Shown here: positions 1 through 11,423 of the stretch, one piece after another
Position numbering within the stretch: position 1 is the first letter of the stretch
How the letters are laid out: every line of letters starts with the position of its first letter
DNA from: Chiloscyllium plagiosum
Lineage: Eukaryota
Assembly: GCF_004010195.1 (NCBI RefSeq)
Contig: NC_057719.1
Coordinates: forward strand, 25,431,697 to 25,471,643
Direction of reading: 5' to 3'
DNA length: 39,947 nt
Position numbers and translations under genes: made by a program
The notes under the pieces: model-generated
What the model was told of the DNA's origin: nothing
What the model saw: the letters and a program-made list of their open reading frames with translations, nothing else
Databases searched by the model: none

Positions 1-68
1 ATATATATATATATATATATATACATACATACACACACACACTATACATACACCCCTCATATATACAT
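1..68. repeat. (AT)n/(AC)n/(ATAC)n compound microsatellite, probably in the L1 inter-ORF spacer
   Basis: atatat...atacatacatacacacacac seen directly; lies downstream of the L1 ORF1 stop on the minus strand. Confidence 0.9.
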
Positions 69-233
69 AAAATAATAACAGAAAACAACTCCAAGGGGGG
101 GGGGGGGAGAAAATCAAATCCCTCTCCCCACCCCCCATGATAATATTAAGCAGTAAGGTAAGAAAAAAAAAGGGAGGGGATATAAACCAAAGTGGGGGGG
201 AAAGGAAGACCAATATCCATTATGTCCTACAGT

Positions 234-1088
234 TTATCTAAGAGAGTCCAAGAATTCCTTAGCCTTTTCTGGTGATCCAATGTTATATACGGATCCTTCA
301 TGGTTAGAGCGTAACGTCGCTGGGTAGCGTAAGGAGTACTGTACATTTAAGTCCCTTAAGCGCTTCTTCGCCTCGTCGAATGCCTTCCTCTTTCGAACCA
401 GAGGCGGGGAAAAGTCCTGAAATAGCATGATCTTGGATCCTTTGTAGATCATAGCTTGGGGGTCTTTTCCGAGATTTCTAGAGGCTTCTAGGAGTATCTG
501 CCTCTCCCTGTAGCTCTGCAGCCGGAACAGGACCGGGCGTGGGCGCTGGTTTGAGCCAGGCCTGCGTATTGCTACTCGGTAGGCCCATTCCACCCTTACC
601 TGGCCTGATCCAGCTTGCAGATTTAAAAGTTGTGGCAGCCACTGCTCCAGGAATGCTGTAAGCTGGCCTTCCTCTTCCCGTTCGGGAAGGCCCAGCAAAC
701 GAATATTTTTTCGGTGACCTCGATTATCGAGGTCAATATGATTTTCCAAGGTCCGGACTCGCTGCTCGAGAGTCCAGGCCTGTTCCACGGCCGATTGAGC
801 GGTATTTTCGGAGGTCGCGGCCTTTAGCTCCGCCCCTCCGACTCGGCGTTCAATTTCTTGAATCTCTCGGTCGTGCTTCTGCAGCGCGGCCGAGAGCGAG
901 TCCCAACGATTTCTGGATTCTGCAATAAAGGCATCGATCTTCGAGTCAAGCTTGGAAAGCATTTCTGCAAGGCTTGTTACTGTTGGTAAGTCCCCCGGGG
1001 CGGCTGTGGACGCCTCTGCTGCAGCTGGAGAGGGTGGGGGAGGGGTTCCTGCCTGCTGAGAGCTGCGGGCTCCCTTCCCTTTAGTCAT
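234..1088 (-). CDS. L1 ORF1p-like nucleic-acid chaperone (coiled coil, RRM, CTD; Transposase_22-like)
   Basis: 284-aa open frame with a heptad region, then LDNRGHRKNIRLLGLPEREE, RPRPVLFRLQSY, IMLFQDFSPPLVRKRKAF and YSLRYPATL, all typical L1 ORF1p motifs. Confidence 0.9.
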   Translation of the reverse strand: MTKGKGARSSQQAGTPPPPSPAAAEASTAAPGDLPTVTSLAEMLSKLDSKIDAFIAESRNRWDSLSAALQKHDREIQEIERRVGGAELKAATSENTAQSAVEQAWTLEQRVRTLENHIDLDNRGHRKNIRLLGLPEREEEGQLTAFLEQWLPQLLNLQAGSGQVRVEWAYRVAIRRPGSNQRPRPVLFRLQSYRERQILLEASRNLGKDPQAMIYKGSKIMLFQDFSPPLVRKRKAFDEAKKRLRDLNVQYSLRYPATLRSNHEGSVYNIGSPEKAKEFLDSLR

Positions 1089-1241
1089 TTTAACTTAGGA
1101 TTAAATTGTTTAAATGTAATATTACACAACTAAATAAATTACACAACTATTATAAATGATTTGGTGAGCTTGGTAGGGGGTGGGTGACACACTGTACCCA
1201 AGTCTTGGGAGGAGCACTATAGACTCAGTCTTACTGGGTCA

Positions 1242-1261
1242 CCGCCATCTTGGATCCCCCC
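1242..1261 (-). promoter_or_regulatory. L1 5' terminus with YY1-type motif (CAAGATGGCGG)
   Basis: Plus-strand ccgccatcttggatcccccc is GGGGGGATCCAAGATGGCGG on the minus strand; it matches the YY1 core and its position in mammalian L1 internal promoters. Confidence 0.7.
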
Positions 1262-1324
1262 TCAGCCTTCTTTAAGCCACTTTTGCATTCAATTGACTAG
1301 CTCCCCCTTGATCACACATGATAT

Positions 1325-2965
1325 AACATAGAACATAGAACAATACAGGGCAGAACAGGCTCTTCAGCCCTTGGTGTTGGGTCGACCTGTGAACTAATCT
1401 AAGCCCATCTCCTTACACTATCCCATCATCATCCATGTGCTTATCCAAGGAATGTTTAAATGTCCCTAATGTCGCTGAGTTAACTATATTTGCAGGCAGG
1501 GCATTCCATGCCCTTACCACTCTCTGAGTAAAGAATCTGCCCCGACATCTATCTTAAATCTATCAACCCTCAATTTGTAGTTATGCCCCCTCGTACACGC
1601 TGACGTCATCATCCTAGGAAAAAGTCTTTCGCTCTCTACCCTATCTAATCCTCTGATCATCTTGTATGTCTCTATCAAATCCCCTTTTAGCTTTCTTCTC
1701 TCCAATAAGAACAGACACAAGTCCCTCCATCTTTACTCAAAAGATCTTCCCTCCAGATCAGGCAACATCCTGGTAAATCTCCTCTGCACCTTTTCCAATG
1801 CTTCCACATTCTTCCTGTAATGGGGCAACCAGAACTGTAAGCAATATTCCAAGTGTGGCCGCACCAGCATTTTGTACAGTTGCAGCATGACATTTTGGCT
1901 CTGGAAGCAAATTCCTCTACCAATAAAATCTAACACACCATATGCCTTCTTAACAGCACTATCAACCTGGGTAGCAACTTTCAGGGATCTATGTACATGG
2001 ACACCAAGATCCCTCTGCACACCCACATTACCAAGAATCTTTCCATTGACTCAGTATTCTGCTTTCCTGTTATTCTTCCCACATTTATCTGCATTGAACT
2101 CCATTTTCCACTTCTCAGCCCAATTCTGCAGTTTATCCAAGTCCCCCTGCAACCTGCAACATTCTTCCACACTGTCCACTACTCCATTGACTTTAGTGAC
2201 ATTGTAAAATTACTAACCCATCCACCTATGCCTGCATCCAAGTCATTTATTAGAAATGACAAACAGCAGTGGTCGCAAAATAGATCCTTGTGGCACACCA
2301 CTAGTAACTGGACTACAGGCTGAATATTTTCCATCAACTACCAATCGCTGCTTTCTTACAGAAATCCAGTTTCTAAACCAAACTGCTAAATCAACCTCAA
2401 TTCTATGCCTCTGCATTTTCTCCAACAGCTTACCATGTGGAACCTTATCAAAGGCTTTACTGAAGTCCATGTATACCACTACAACTGCCCTACCCTCATC
2501 AACATGCTGGGTCATCTCTACTTGAACAAGGGCACAATGTTTGCAATCCTCTAGGCTTCTGGTACTAAATCTATAGACAATGATGACTCGAAAATCGAGG
2601 CCAAAGGCTTGCTATCTCCTCTCTAGCTTCCCAAAGAACCCTCGGATAAATCCCATCTGGCCCAGGGGACTTGTCTACTTTCACTCCTTCTAGAATTGAT
2701 AACACCTGCTCCTTACTAACCTCGATCCTTTCTAGTATAATATCCCATGTCTCATTCTTCTCCGCTACAATATTCTCCTTTTCCTGAGTGAAAACAGATG
2801 AGAAATATTCATTTAGTGCTTCTCCAATCGTCACTGGGTCCACACACAACTTCCCACTTCGAACTTTGATAGTCCCTATTCCTACCCGAGTCATCCTTTT
2901 ATTCCTCACATACCTATAGAAAGCTTTAGGGTTCTCCTTTATTTTACCTGCTAAAGACTGTTCAT
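1325..2965 (-). mobile_element. CR1 LINE, 5'-truncated, internally deleted and frameshifted; (TTCTATG)n tail
   Basis: Tail aacatagaacatagaac at 1325-1341; RT fragments [33 protein letters not shown] and KSPGPDGIYPRVL; deletion near 2520 between the VPLFK and EMTQHVDEG segments. Confidence 0.92.
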
Positions 2966-4910
2966 GATCTAACCTTACTAACCAGTCTACCAAGTGGTAC
3001 TTTGTCAAATGCTTTGCTGAAGTCCATACAGGTAATGTCTGCTGCTCTGCTTTCATCAACCTGCTTTGTCACCACCTCAAAAAACTCAGTCAAGTTAGTG
3101 AGACATTATTTCCCCATGTATAAAGCTATTCAGTCCTTGCCTTTCCAAAGCCCCATCACAGGAAGGATGTGGAAGCACTGCAAAAGGTGCAGGGGAGATT
3201 TACCAGGATGTTGCCTGGTCTGGAGGGAAGATCTTATGAGGAAAGGCCGAGAGATTTGGGGCTGTTCTCATTGGAGAGAAGAAGGCTATGAGAGGATTTG
3301 ATAGAGACATACAAGATGATCAGAGATTAGATAGGGTAGAATTCTGTAGCAAACTTCTGTACCTCAGAATCCCCTCCAACACTGATGTAAGACTCACCAA
3401 TCTACAGTTCCCTGGCTTTTCCTTTCTTAAATAATGGCACAACATTATCCAACCTCCGGTCTTCTGGCATCTCACCCGTGACTGTTGATAATACATATAT
3501 CTCTTCTAGGGGCCAAGCAATCTCTTACTTAGCTTTCCACAAAGTTCTGAAAATACCTGATCAGGTCCCAGGATTTTATCTATCTTTATGTGTTGTAAAA
3601 ACTCCAGCACCTCACCTTCTGTAATATGAACTCTTCTCAAGAAATCGCTGTTTATTTCCCCAAATTCTCGAGCTTCCAAGTCCCTCTCCTCAGTAAAGAC
3701 TGATGTGAAATATTTCTTTAGTCTCTCATCCATCTCCTGTGGTTCTATATATAGGCAGCTATGTTGATTTTTAAGGAGCCCTATTCTCTCCCAGTTACTC
3801 TTTTGCCCAAAATATATACCTCTGGAATTTCTTTGAAGTATCCTTAACTTTATTTGCCAAAGCTACGTCATGTCCCCTTTTTTGGCCTTCTGATTTCCCT
3901 CTTAAGTATTCTCCTCTAGCCCTTATACAACTATAAGTTTACTTAATCCCAGGTGTCCATACCTGACATTTGCTTCCTTGACCAGAACTTCAATTTTTCT
4001 AGTCATCCAGAATTCCCTACACTAACAGCCTTGCCATTCACACCAATAGGAACATACTGCCTCTGCACTCTCATTATCTCACTTTTGAAGGCCTCCCACT
4101 TCCCAACTGCCCTCTGAATAGCCTCCCTCAATTAACTTTTGAAAGTTCCTATCTAATACCATCAAAATTGGCTTTCCTCCAATGTAGAACTTTAACTTTT
4201 TGATCAGACCTATCCTTTTCTGTAACTATTTTAAAACCAATAGAATTATGATCACTTGTCCCAAAGTGCTCCCTTACTGACACCTCAATCACTTGCACTG
4301 CCTTATTTTCCATCACAAGGTCAAGTTTTTTTTCCTTGTTTAGTGGGTACATCCACATGTTGAATAAGAAAGTTTTCTTGTCCACACTTAACAAAAATCT
4401 TCCCATCCAAGCCCTTAACACTATGACAGTCCCATTCTATGTTTGGAAAGTTAAAATCCCCTGCCATTATACCCTATTTTTCATATGATACCTGAGATCT
4501 CCTTAGAAATGTCTTCTCAATTTCCCATTGACTACTGGAAGCTAATAATACAATCCCAACAAGATGATCATCCCTTTCTTATTTATCAGTTCCACCCATA
4601 TAACTTCACTGACCATCTCCCAAGAATATCCTCCCTGAATACAGCCATGATATTATCCCTAAGCAAAAACGACAGTTCCCCTCCCCTCTTTCCTCACTTT
4701 CTATCTGTCTTATAACAACTATACCTCAGAACATTAAACTGCCAGTCTTTTCCCTCCCTGAACCATATTTCTGTGATAGCTATGATATCCCAGTCACATA
4801 TTCCCAATCTGCCCTAATTTCATCTGCCTTACCTGTTAAGTCTCTTGCATTAAAGTAAATGTAGTTGAATTTAATTGGTCTTACCTCATTCTCTGCCAGG
4901 CTCTTGTCTG
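2966..4910 (-). mobile_element. Older degenerate CR1 LINE (endonuclease to RT N-terminus), interrupted at 3151-3340
   Basis: LDLVM...GTSDHNSI...WRKANFDGIR (4149-4421), YFTSVFTEE...GPDQ (3506-3733) and a KAFDKV-like segment near 3000-3020. Confidence 0.8.
3151..3340 (+). mobile_element. Tail-less internal CR1 RT fragment, inverted relative to its surroundings
   Basis: Close reverse-complement match to ~1636-1825 (ccccatcacaggaaggatgtggaagca...ttagatagggtaga). Confidence 0.85.
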
Positions 4911-4984
4911 CCTTGACTATTTGAATTGAGATTTTGAGTTTGAGTTTGAGTTTTATGAGTTGAGATTATCAAAATAGCCATGGT

Positions 4985-5331
4985 ATCATGGAATGGCATA
5001 AATTCAACAAAGATTCTCAGACAGCACCTTCTAAACCAATAACCACTTCTATGTGAAAGGACAAGGGCAGCAGATACATGGTAACATGACCACCTGCAAG
5101 TTCCTCTCCAACAATCCTCACCATCCTGACTTGGAATATATCGCTGTTCCTCCACTGTTGCTTGATCAAAATCCTGGAATTCCCTGCCGAACAGCATTGT
5201 GGGTCTGTCTACAGTAAATAGATTGCAGCGATTCAAGTAGACAGCTCACCAACACCTTCTCAAGGGCAACTAGGTACGGGCAATATGTGCTGGCCACAAG
5301 TGATGCCCACATCTCACGAATGAATTAAAAA
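4985..5331 (+). mobile_element. 3' end of a second CR1/L2-group LINE family
   Basis: Encodes a KSWNSLPNSIVG-like C-terminus; ends caccttctcaagggcaactagg...gcccacatctcacgaatgaattaaaa; homologous copies lie on the minus strand near 29900-30255 and 39140-39360. Confidence 0.7.
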
Positions 5332-5333
5332 GA

Positions 5334-5387
5334 GAGCAGACTTGATAGGCTGAATGGACTACTTCTCCTATGTCTTATTGTCTTATA
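5334..5387 (+). mobile_element. Short CR1 3'-tail fragment
   Basis: gataggctgaatggactacttctcctatgtcttattgtcttat resembles the tail at 9228-9280. Confidence 0.6.
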
Positions 5388-6940
5388 GTTGATTGCTGTT
5401 GGTTATGCTGCTGCTATAATGAGTTTCAAATCTATGAAGGCTCCTTGCCTTTTTCAATTTCATTACTATCTACTTCAAACTCTGCTGAACTGTGAATATC
5501 AAACTATGAGTATTAATTAACATTCCTGGGGAGCAGTAGCTTACATGTTGTGGAGGACAGTGAAAAAGCACTCCTGCTTCCCCTGGTCCCATAGGTCACA
5601 CAAAAATAACATCAAACTTACTCTGGGGTCAGGGTCCTTATTCCTTTCTCCTTCTCAGGAATGATCAACACGCCATCTTACAATTTCAAACAACAACCAG
5701 GATCCTAATGGGCATCTAGATATAGTCCTATTCGCTGAAATATCAGGCATGTTGGACACCCAGTGAGAGGGCCTTTTTACAATGGTAATGGCAGCATTAT
5801 TTGGATTGACAGCAGCACCATGAAAGCCCATTGAGCCTATTTTTGAGTCTGTTGGTGCCCTGCTAACACAGGAGAAAAAAGTTAAAATTGATCACCATGA
5901 CTACAGCACAAAGCGGAGAGAAGCAGAAAAATGAATATATGGGAAGTCAGTGCCTGCCAGTCACTTTTAATTACATTGTCCCAGTCATCATTCACACCTA
6001 GGCTGGCTTTAAAAGTATTCTAACAATAAATCTTATTGCAGATGAACACACTGACTGTTATTGACTTGAGACAAGCTGCAGGAAAACTGCAATTTGAATA
6101 GCAGCTGTCTCTTCAATGACAGTGCATCATTTTTACACAGTTGCTTCTACGATAATGATTGGAAGTACATAAGGTCTCCATTCTGATCCAAGACACCTTT
6201 GGATTAACACATTAGTTATTGTTGGGAAAAATGTGATACTGACAGTTAATAATTTGTTTATCAAGCAATGGTTCCTGCCAATGTCAGCTATTTATAAATA
6301 ATTTTTTTTAATGGCGTGTCAGTATTTGTGTTAGTTACACACTTTGGGGCATAATCTATTAGTTAGTAAATCAAGAATTGCACATTCCAATTAGTTAGAA
6401 CCTTTACACAAAAAGGGTGTAATTCTGGTCTCCTAGATGGCAAAGTACACTTCAAGGAGCTTGATTTTAGTGTAAAGAGTAATTGGATTGTTTTTATAAA
6501 GGGTGACCAAACTACAACGGTCACTTGGAAATGTACTTTGTGACTGTCAAACACTAGGTAAATATTTTCCAAAGTTTCCTTGTTTAAGCGAAAGCCACAA
6601 ATACTTTGTGCAATTGTGATTATTGTGTTAATGGGTGTGGAAATGTTTCAGGTCAGTGTGACAAAGGGATTGACAAAGGTAATGGGAGCTGAAAGAGAAA
6701 TGAGTGCCAAGATCTAATGTGTTATATAACAGTGGTGAGGTAAGCCAGAGCCGAGTTTAACAAGGCTGCTCCAGTTAAAGAGTGAGAATGGCTGGGCACG
6801 TGAAGTACCACAGATTAGGAACAATGAAATAGCTCGAATGAAATTCAAATTTATGATGTCCACTGTAGGTTATAGGACTGAGTTATACATACTAGGTTAA
6901 TTGAGACATATAGACGTAAAGGAAACAGGGTACTGTCAGC

Positions 6941-7160
6941 CTATTACTCAGAGAGTAGTAAGGGTATGGAATGCTTTGCCTGCAACGATAGTAGGTTCGC
7001 CAAGTTTAAGTGCATTTAAGTCATCATTGGACAGGCATATGGACGTACATGGAATAGTGTAGGTGGGATGGGCTTCAGATTGGTATGACAGGGCGGCGCA
7101 ACATCAAGGGCCGAAGGGCCTGTACTGAGCTGTAATGTTCTATCTTTTAGTTCTATGTTT
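6941..7160 (+). mobile_element. 5'-truncated CR1 3' fragment
   Basis: TQRVVRVWNALP-like coding end, gggccgaagggcctgtactg stem region and ttctatgtt tail. Confidence 0.85.
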
Positions 7161-8295
7161 ATTTACATATAAAAGCTGACCTCCATGCCTAGAGAGTTTT
7201 GAGAGAGTTGGACATAGAGCAGGGACATGAGCACACATTTCAGACATCAAGAATGGAATGCAGGAGTTCAGCCATTAATCAGAAGACATCTAAATCAAGG
7301 GTGAATTTTGAGAACATTTTAGGCACATTTGTAAAGAAAGTGGATGCTGCTTATAGACGGTGAACTATTTATAATGTTCACTAGCATGCGTACAAGAATG
7401 GGAGCTGAGTAATCAGAGGTTGAATGAGAAGGTAACCAGAGGAGGAGATTGAGATTACTGGACCAGCTGAGACAAGACAGAGATAGTAAAAAGAAAATGT
7501 TGTTGAAAGAAGATTTAACAGAAGTTTACAATCAGACCAAGTCAGGAAGAACAGGCGAGGTTTATAATTGGGATGGAAGTGATGTCAGCACAGGTTGAAT
7601 TGATCTTAAATGCTAAGAAATTCTTGCATTTGGTGTTGGAGGTGAATGTGAAGGAGATGGTCACTTGTGGAAAATGGGAATCTGAAGATGATGTCTTTGA
7701 GGAACATTCTATATTGTAAGACATTTTGCTCAGGAATGCAATTCTTAATATGAACAGAACTAACCTGGCAAATGACAGCTAGGCCAGCAGCAACCTAGAT
7801 CCATTTGCAGTTGTGCCTCTGTGATTTGAGGGTTCAGATACAGTTCGGTACAGTTCTTGAGCAGCTAAACCAAAAACAGGGAAAGTGTGAACATCAGAAA
7901 AATGCAGAACAGCCCAAGCTATGACATTCTCCATTATGAAATAGTCTGTCGGGGTTCATAGGGGTTAATTGTATCACATATCTCAGGAAAATATCCAATA
8001 TCTTCTTTAAGAGAGGAGAAGGGAAAAGTTTGGAAAGAACAACTAATTCCATTAGTTTTATAATAGCTAAGGAAACAGATAGGTGTGGTCGCAAGTTCAT
8101 GTTAAAAATTGGGGTAAAGTCAATTTTGATGGGTATAAACAGGAATTTTCAAAAGTTGTTTTGGGGAGGCTGTTTGCAGGCAAAGGATTGTCTGATAAGT
8201 GGGAGGTTTCAAAAGTGAGTTAATGAAGGTTCAGAGCCAGGATGTTCCTGTTAGAATGCAGGGCAGGTCTGGCAGGAGTAGGGAACCCTGGATGT

Positions 8296-9279
8296 TCACG
8301 TTATATATTAATGATCTGGATGAAGGGACTGGGGGCATTCTAGCGAAGTTTGCCAATGATACAAAGTTAGGTGGACAGGCAGGTAGTACTGAGGAAGTGG
8401 GGAGGCTGCAGAAGGATCTAGACAGTTTGGGAGAGTGGTCCAGGAAATGGCTGATGGAATTCAATGTGAGCAAATGCGAGGTCTTGCACTTTGGAAAAAA
8501 GAATACAAGCATGGACTACTTTCTAAACGGTGAGAAAATTCATAAAGCCAAAGTACAAAGGGATCTGGGAGTGCTAGTCGAGGATTCTCTAAGGGTAAAC
8601 ATGCAGATTGAGTCCGTGATTAAGAAAGCGAATGCAATGTTATCATTTATCTCAAGAGGGTTGGAATATAAAAGCACCGTTGTGCTACTGAGACTTTATA
8701 AAGCTCTGGTTAGGACCCATTTGGAATACTGTGTCCAGTTTTGGTCCCCACACCTCAGGAAGGACATACTGGCACTGGAGCGTGTCCAGCGGAGATTCAC
8801 ACGGATGATTGCTGGAATGGTAGGTCTAACATATGAGGAATGGCTGAGGATCTCGGGATTGTATTCATTGGAGTTTAGAAGATTAAGGGGAGATCTAATA
8901 GAAACTTACAAGATAATACATGGCTTGGAGAGGGTGGACGCTAGGAAATTGTTTCCATTAGGTGAGGAGACTAGGAACCGTGGACACAGCCTTAGAATTA
9001 GAGGGGGTAAATTCAGAACAGAAATGCGGAGACATTTCTTCAGCCAGAGAGTGGTGGGCCTGTGGAATTCATTGTGGCAGAGTGCAGTGGAGGCTGGGGT
9101 GCTAAATGTCTTCAAGGCAGAGATTGATAAATTCTTGATGTCACAAGGAATTAAGGGCTACGGGGAGAATGTGGGTAAGTGGAGGTGAAATGCCCATCAG
9201 CCATGATTGAATGGCGGAGTGGACTCGATGGGCCAAATGGCCTTACTTCCACTCCTATGTCTTATGGTCTTATGGTCTT
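8296..9279 (+). mobile_element. Young 5'-truncated CR1 with uninterrupted RT C-terminal frame; (TCTTATGG)n tail
   Basis: FTLYINDLDEG...FANDTKLGG...RTHLEYCVQFWSPH...FFSQRVVGLWNSL open to the stop at 9188; ATGT at both junctions (8292-8295 and 9280-9283). Confidence 0.92.
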
Positions 9280-10942
9280 ATGTCTAGAGTTATTGAGGCC
9301 CTGGTCTTGAAAAAGAAGGAGGCATATGACATGTATAGGCAGCTGGGATCGTTAATTCCTCGAGGAGAGTAAAGGGTGTCAGAATACACTTTAGAGAAAA
9401 AAATCAGGAGGGCTAAAAGGGGACACGGGACGGCTTTCACAGATAAGGTAAAGGAAAATCCAAAGAGATTCGACAAGTATGTGAAGGGAGAAAGAGTCAC
9501 TAAGGAGAAAATAGGGCCACTTAAAGATCAACGAGGTCATCTATGTGAGGAACCACAAGAGATGGGTGAGATCCTAAATGAATATTTACCATCACTATTT
9601 AATGTCAAGAAAGGTATGGATGCTAGGAAACTTGGGGAAATAAATACTGATGTCTTGGAGTGTCTACATTATAGACAAGGAGGTACTAGAAGTCTTAAAA
9701 TGCATGAAGGTAGATAAATCCCTGGGACCTGATGAAGTGTAAGCCAGGACCTTGTAGGAGACTCGGAAATTGCGAGGCTGTTAGGGGAGATATTTATATC
9801 ATCGACAGCCACAGGTGAAGTGCCCAAAGACTAGAAGATGGCTAATGTTGTGCCTTTATTTAAGAAAGGCTGCAGGGAAATACCTGGGAACTATAAATCA
9901 GTGAGCCTAATATCTGTAGTGGTTAAATTATGAGAAGAGATTCTGGAAGACAGGATATACAGACATTTGAGAGGTAAGGATTCATTTGGGATAGTCAGCA
10001 TGGCTTTGTGCTTGAGAAATTTTGTCTAGGAATTTGAAAGAGCTTTTTTTAAGGGATGACCAAGAAAATAGATGAGGACAGTGCCACTGTCTTTATGGAC
10101 TTTAGCAAGGCTTTTGACAAGTTATCGCATTGTAGGTTTTTGAGTATAGCTAAATCTCACTGGATGAAGGGAGAGCTTGCCAATTGGATACAAAATTGGC
10201 TTGATAGTAGAAGACAGAGGCTGGTTGTAGAGGGTTGTTTTTCAGACTGGAGACGTGTGACCAGTGGGGTGTCACAGGGATTGGTGCTGGGTCCACTGTT
10301 ATTTGTCATTTATATAAATGATTTGGATGAGAATTTATATGGTTAGTAAGTTTGCGAATGACACCAGGATTGGTGTTATTGTGGACAGTGAAGAAGGAAT
10401 ATCTGGGAATGCAATGAGATCTTGATCAACTGATCCATTGGGCTGAGCATTGGCAGATGGAGTTTAATTCAGATAAATGCAAGGTGTTGCATTTTGGTGG
10501 GTCAAGCCAGTGCAGGACTTACACAGTCAATAGTATGGCCCCAGGGTATATTATAGAACAAAGAAGTCTCGGGGTACAGGTACATAGCTCCTTGAAAGTG
10601 GAGTCACAGGTGGACAATGTGGTGAAGAAGGCTTTTGGCATGCTAGCTTTTATCGGTGAGAGTACTGAATATAGGAGTTGGGAGTACTAGATGTTGGTGA
10701 AGCCACAGTTTGGATTTTACTACTATAGGAAGGATATTATTAAAGTAGAAAGAGTGCAGAAAAGATTTACTTGGATGCTACCTGGACTGTTTGAGTTACA
10801 AGGAAGGTTGTATAGGCTGGAACTTTTTTCCCTGAAGCTTAGGAGACTGAAGGGTGACCTTATAGATGTGCATAAAATCATGAGAGGCATAGGTAAGGTA
10901 GATAGCCAACAGCCTTTCCCCATGGAAATGGAGTCTAAAACT

Positions 10943-11423
10943 AGATTTACAAGGATGTTGCCAGTGTTAGAGGATTTGAGCTATAGAGAGAGGCTGAACA
11001 GGCTGGGGCTGTTTTCCCTGGAGCTTCAGAGGCTGAGGGGTGACCTTATAGAGGTTTACAAAATTATGAGGGGCATGGATAGGGTAAATAGGAAAAGTCT
11101 TTTCCCTGGAGTCAGGGAGTCCAGAACTAGAGGGCATAGGTTTAGGGTGAGAGGGGAAAGATATAAAAGAGACCTACGGGCAACTTTTTCACACAGAGAG
11201 TTATACGTGTATGAAATGAGCTGCCAGAGGAAGGGGTGGAGGGTGGTACAATTGCAACATTTAAGAGGCATTCGGATGGGTATATGAATAGGAAGGGTTT
11301 GGAGGGATATACGCTGGGTGTTGGCAGGTGGGACTAAATTGGGTTGGGATATCAGGTCGGCATGGACGGGTTGGACCAAAGGGTCTGTTTCCATGCTGTA
11401 CATCTCTATGACTCTATGACTCT
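10943..11423 (+). mobile_element. HER1-like CR1 3' fragment nested in the older CR1; (ACTCTATG)n tail
   Basis: The RFTRMLP...RLRGDLIEVYKIMRG block is repeated within ORF 10691-11287; tail ctctatgactctatgactct; the host resumes at gaaggcattggtttaagg. Confidence 0.9.

Larger units (their letters stand above)
1..1261 (-). mobile_element. L1-clade LINE, 5' portion (5'UTR, ORF1, spacer); ORF2 would lie outside the window
   Basis: Minus strand begins GGGGGGATCCAAGATGGCGG at 1261, followed by ~170 bp of UTR and a CpG-rich ORF1; the flank reads TT|AAAG on the minus strand at 1275-1270. Confidence 0.85.

Noticed and set aside
4925..4965. (TTTGAG)n short repeat
   Set aside because: Few degenerate units; not the TTAGGG telomere repeat.
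8199..9188. 329-aa ORF as a host gene or functional RT
   Set aside because: Chimera of two CR1 copies; lacks the N-terminal RT motifs and has FAND at the catalytic site.
10691..11287. 198-aa ORF with an internal duplication
   Set aside because: The duplication is a nested CR1 3' fragment, not a repeat-domain protein.
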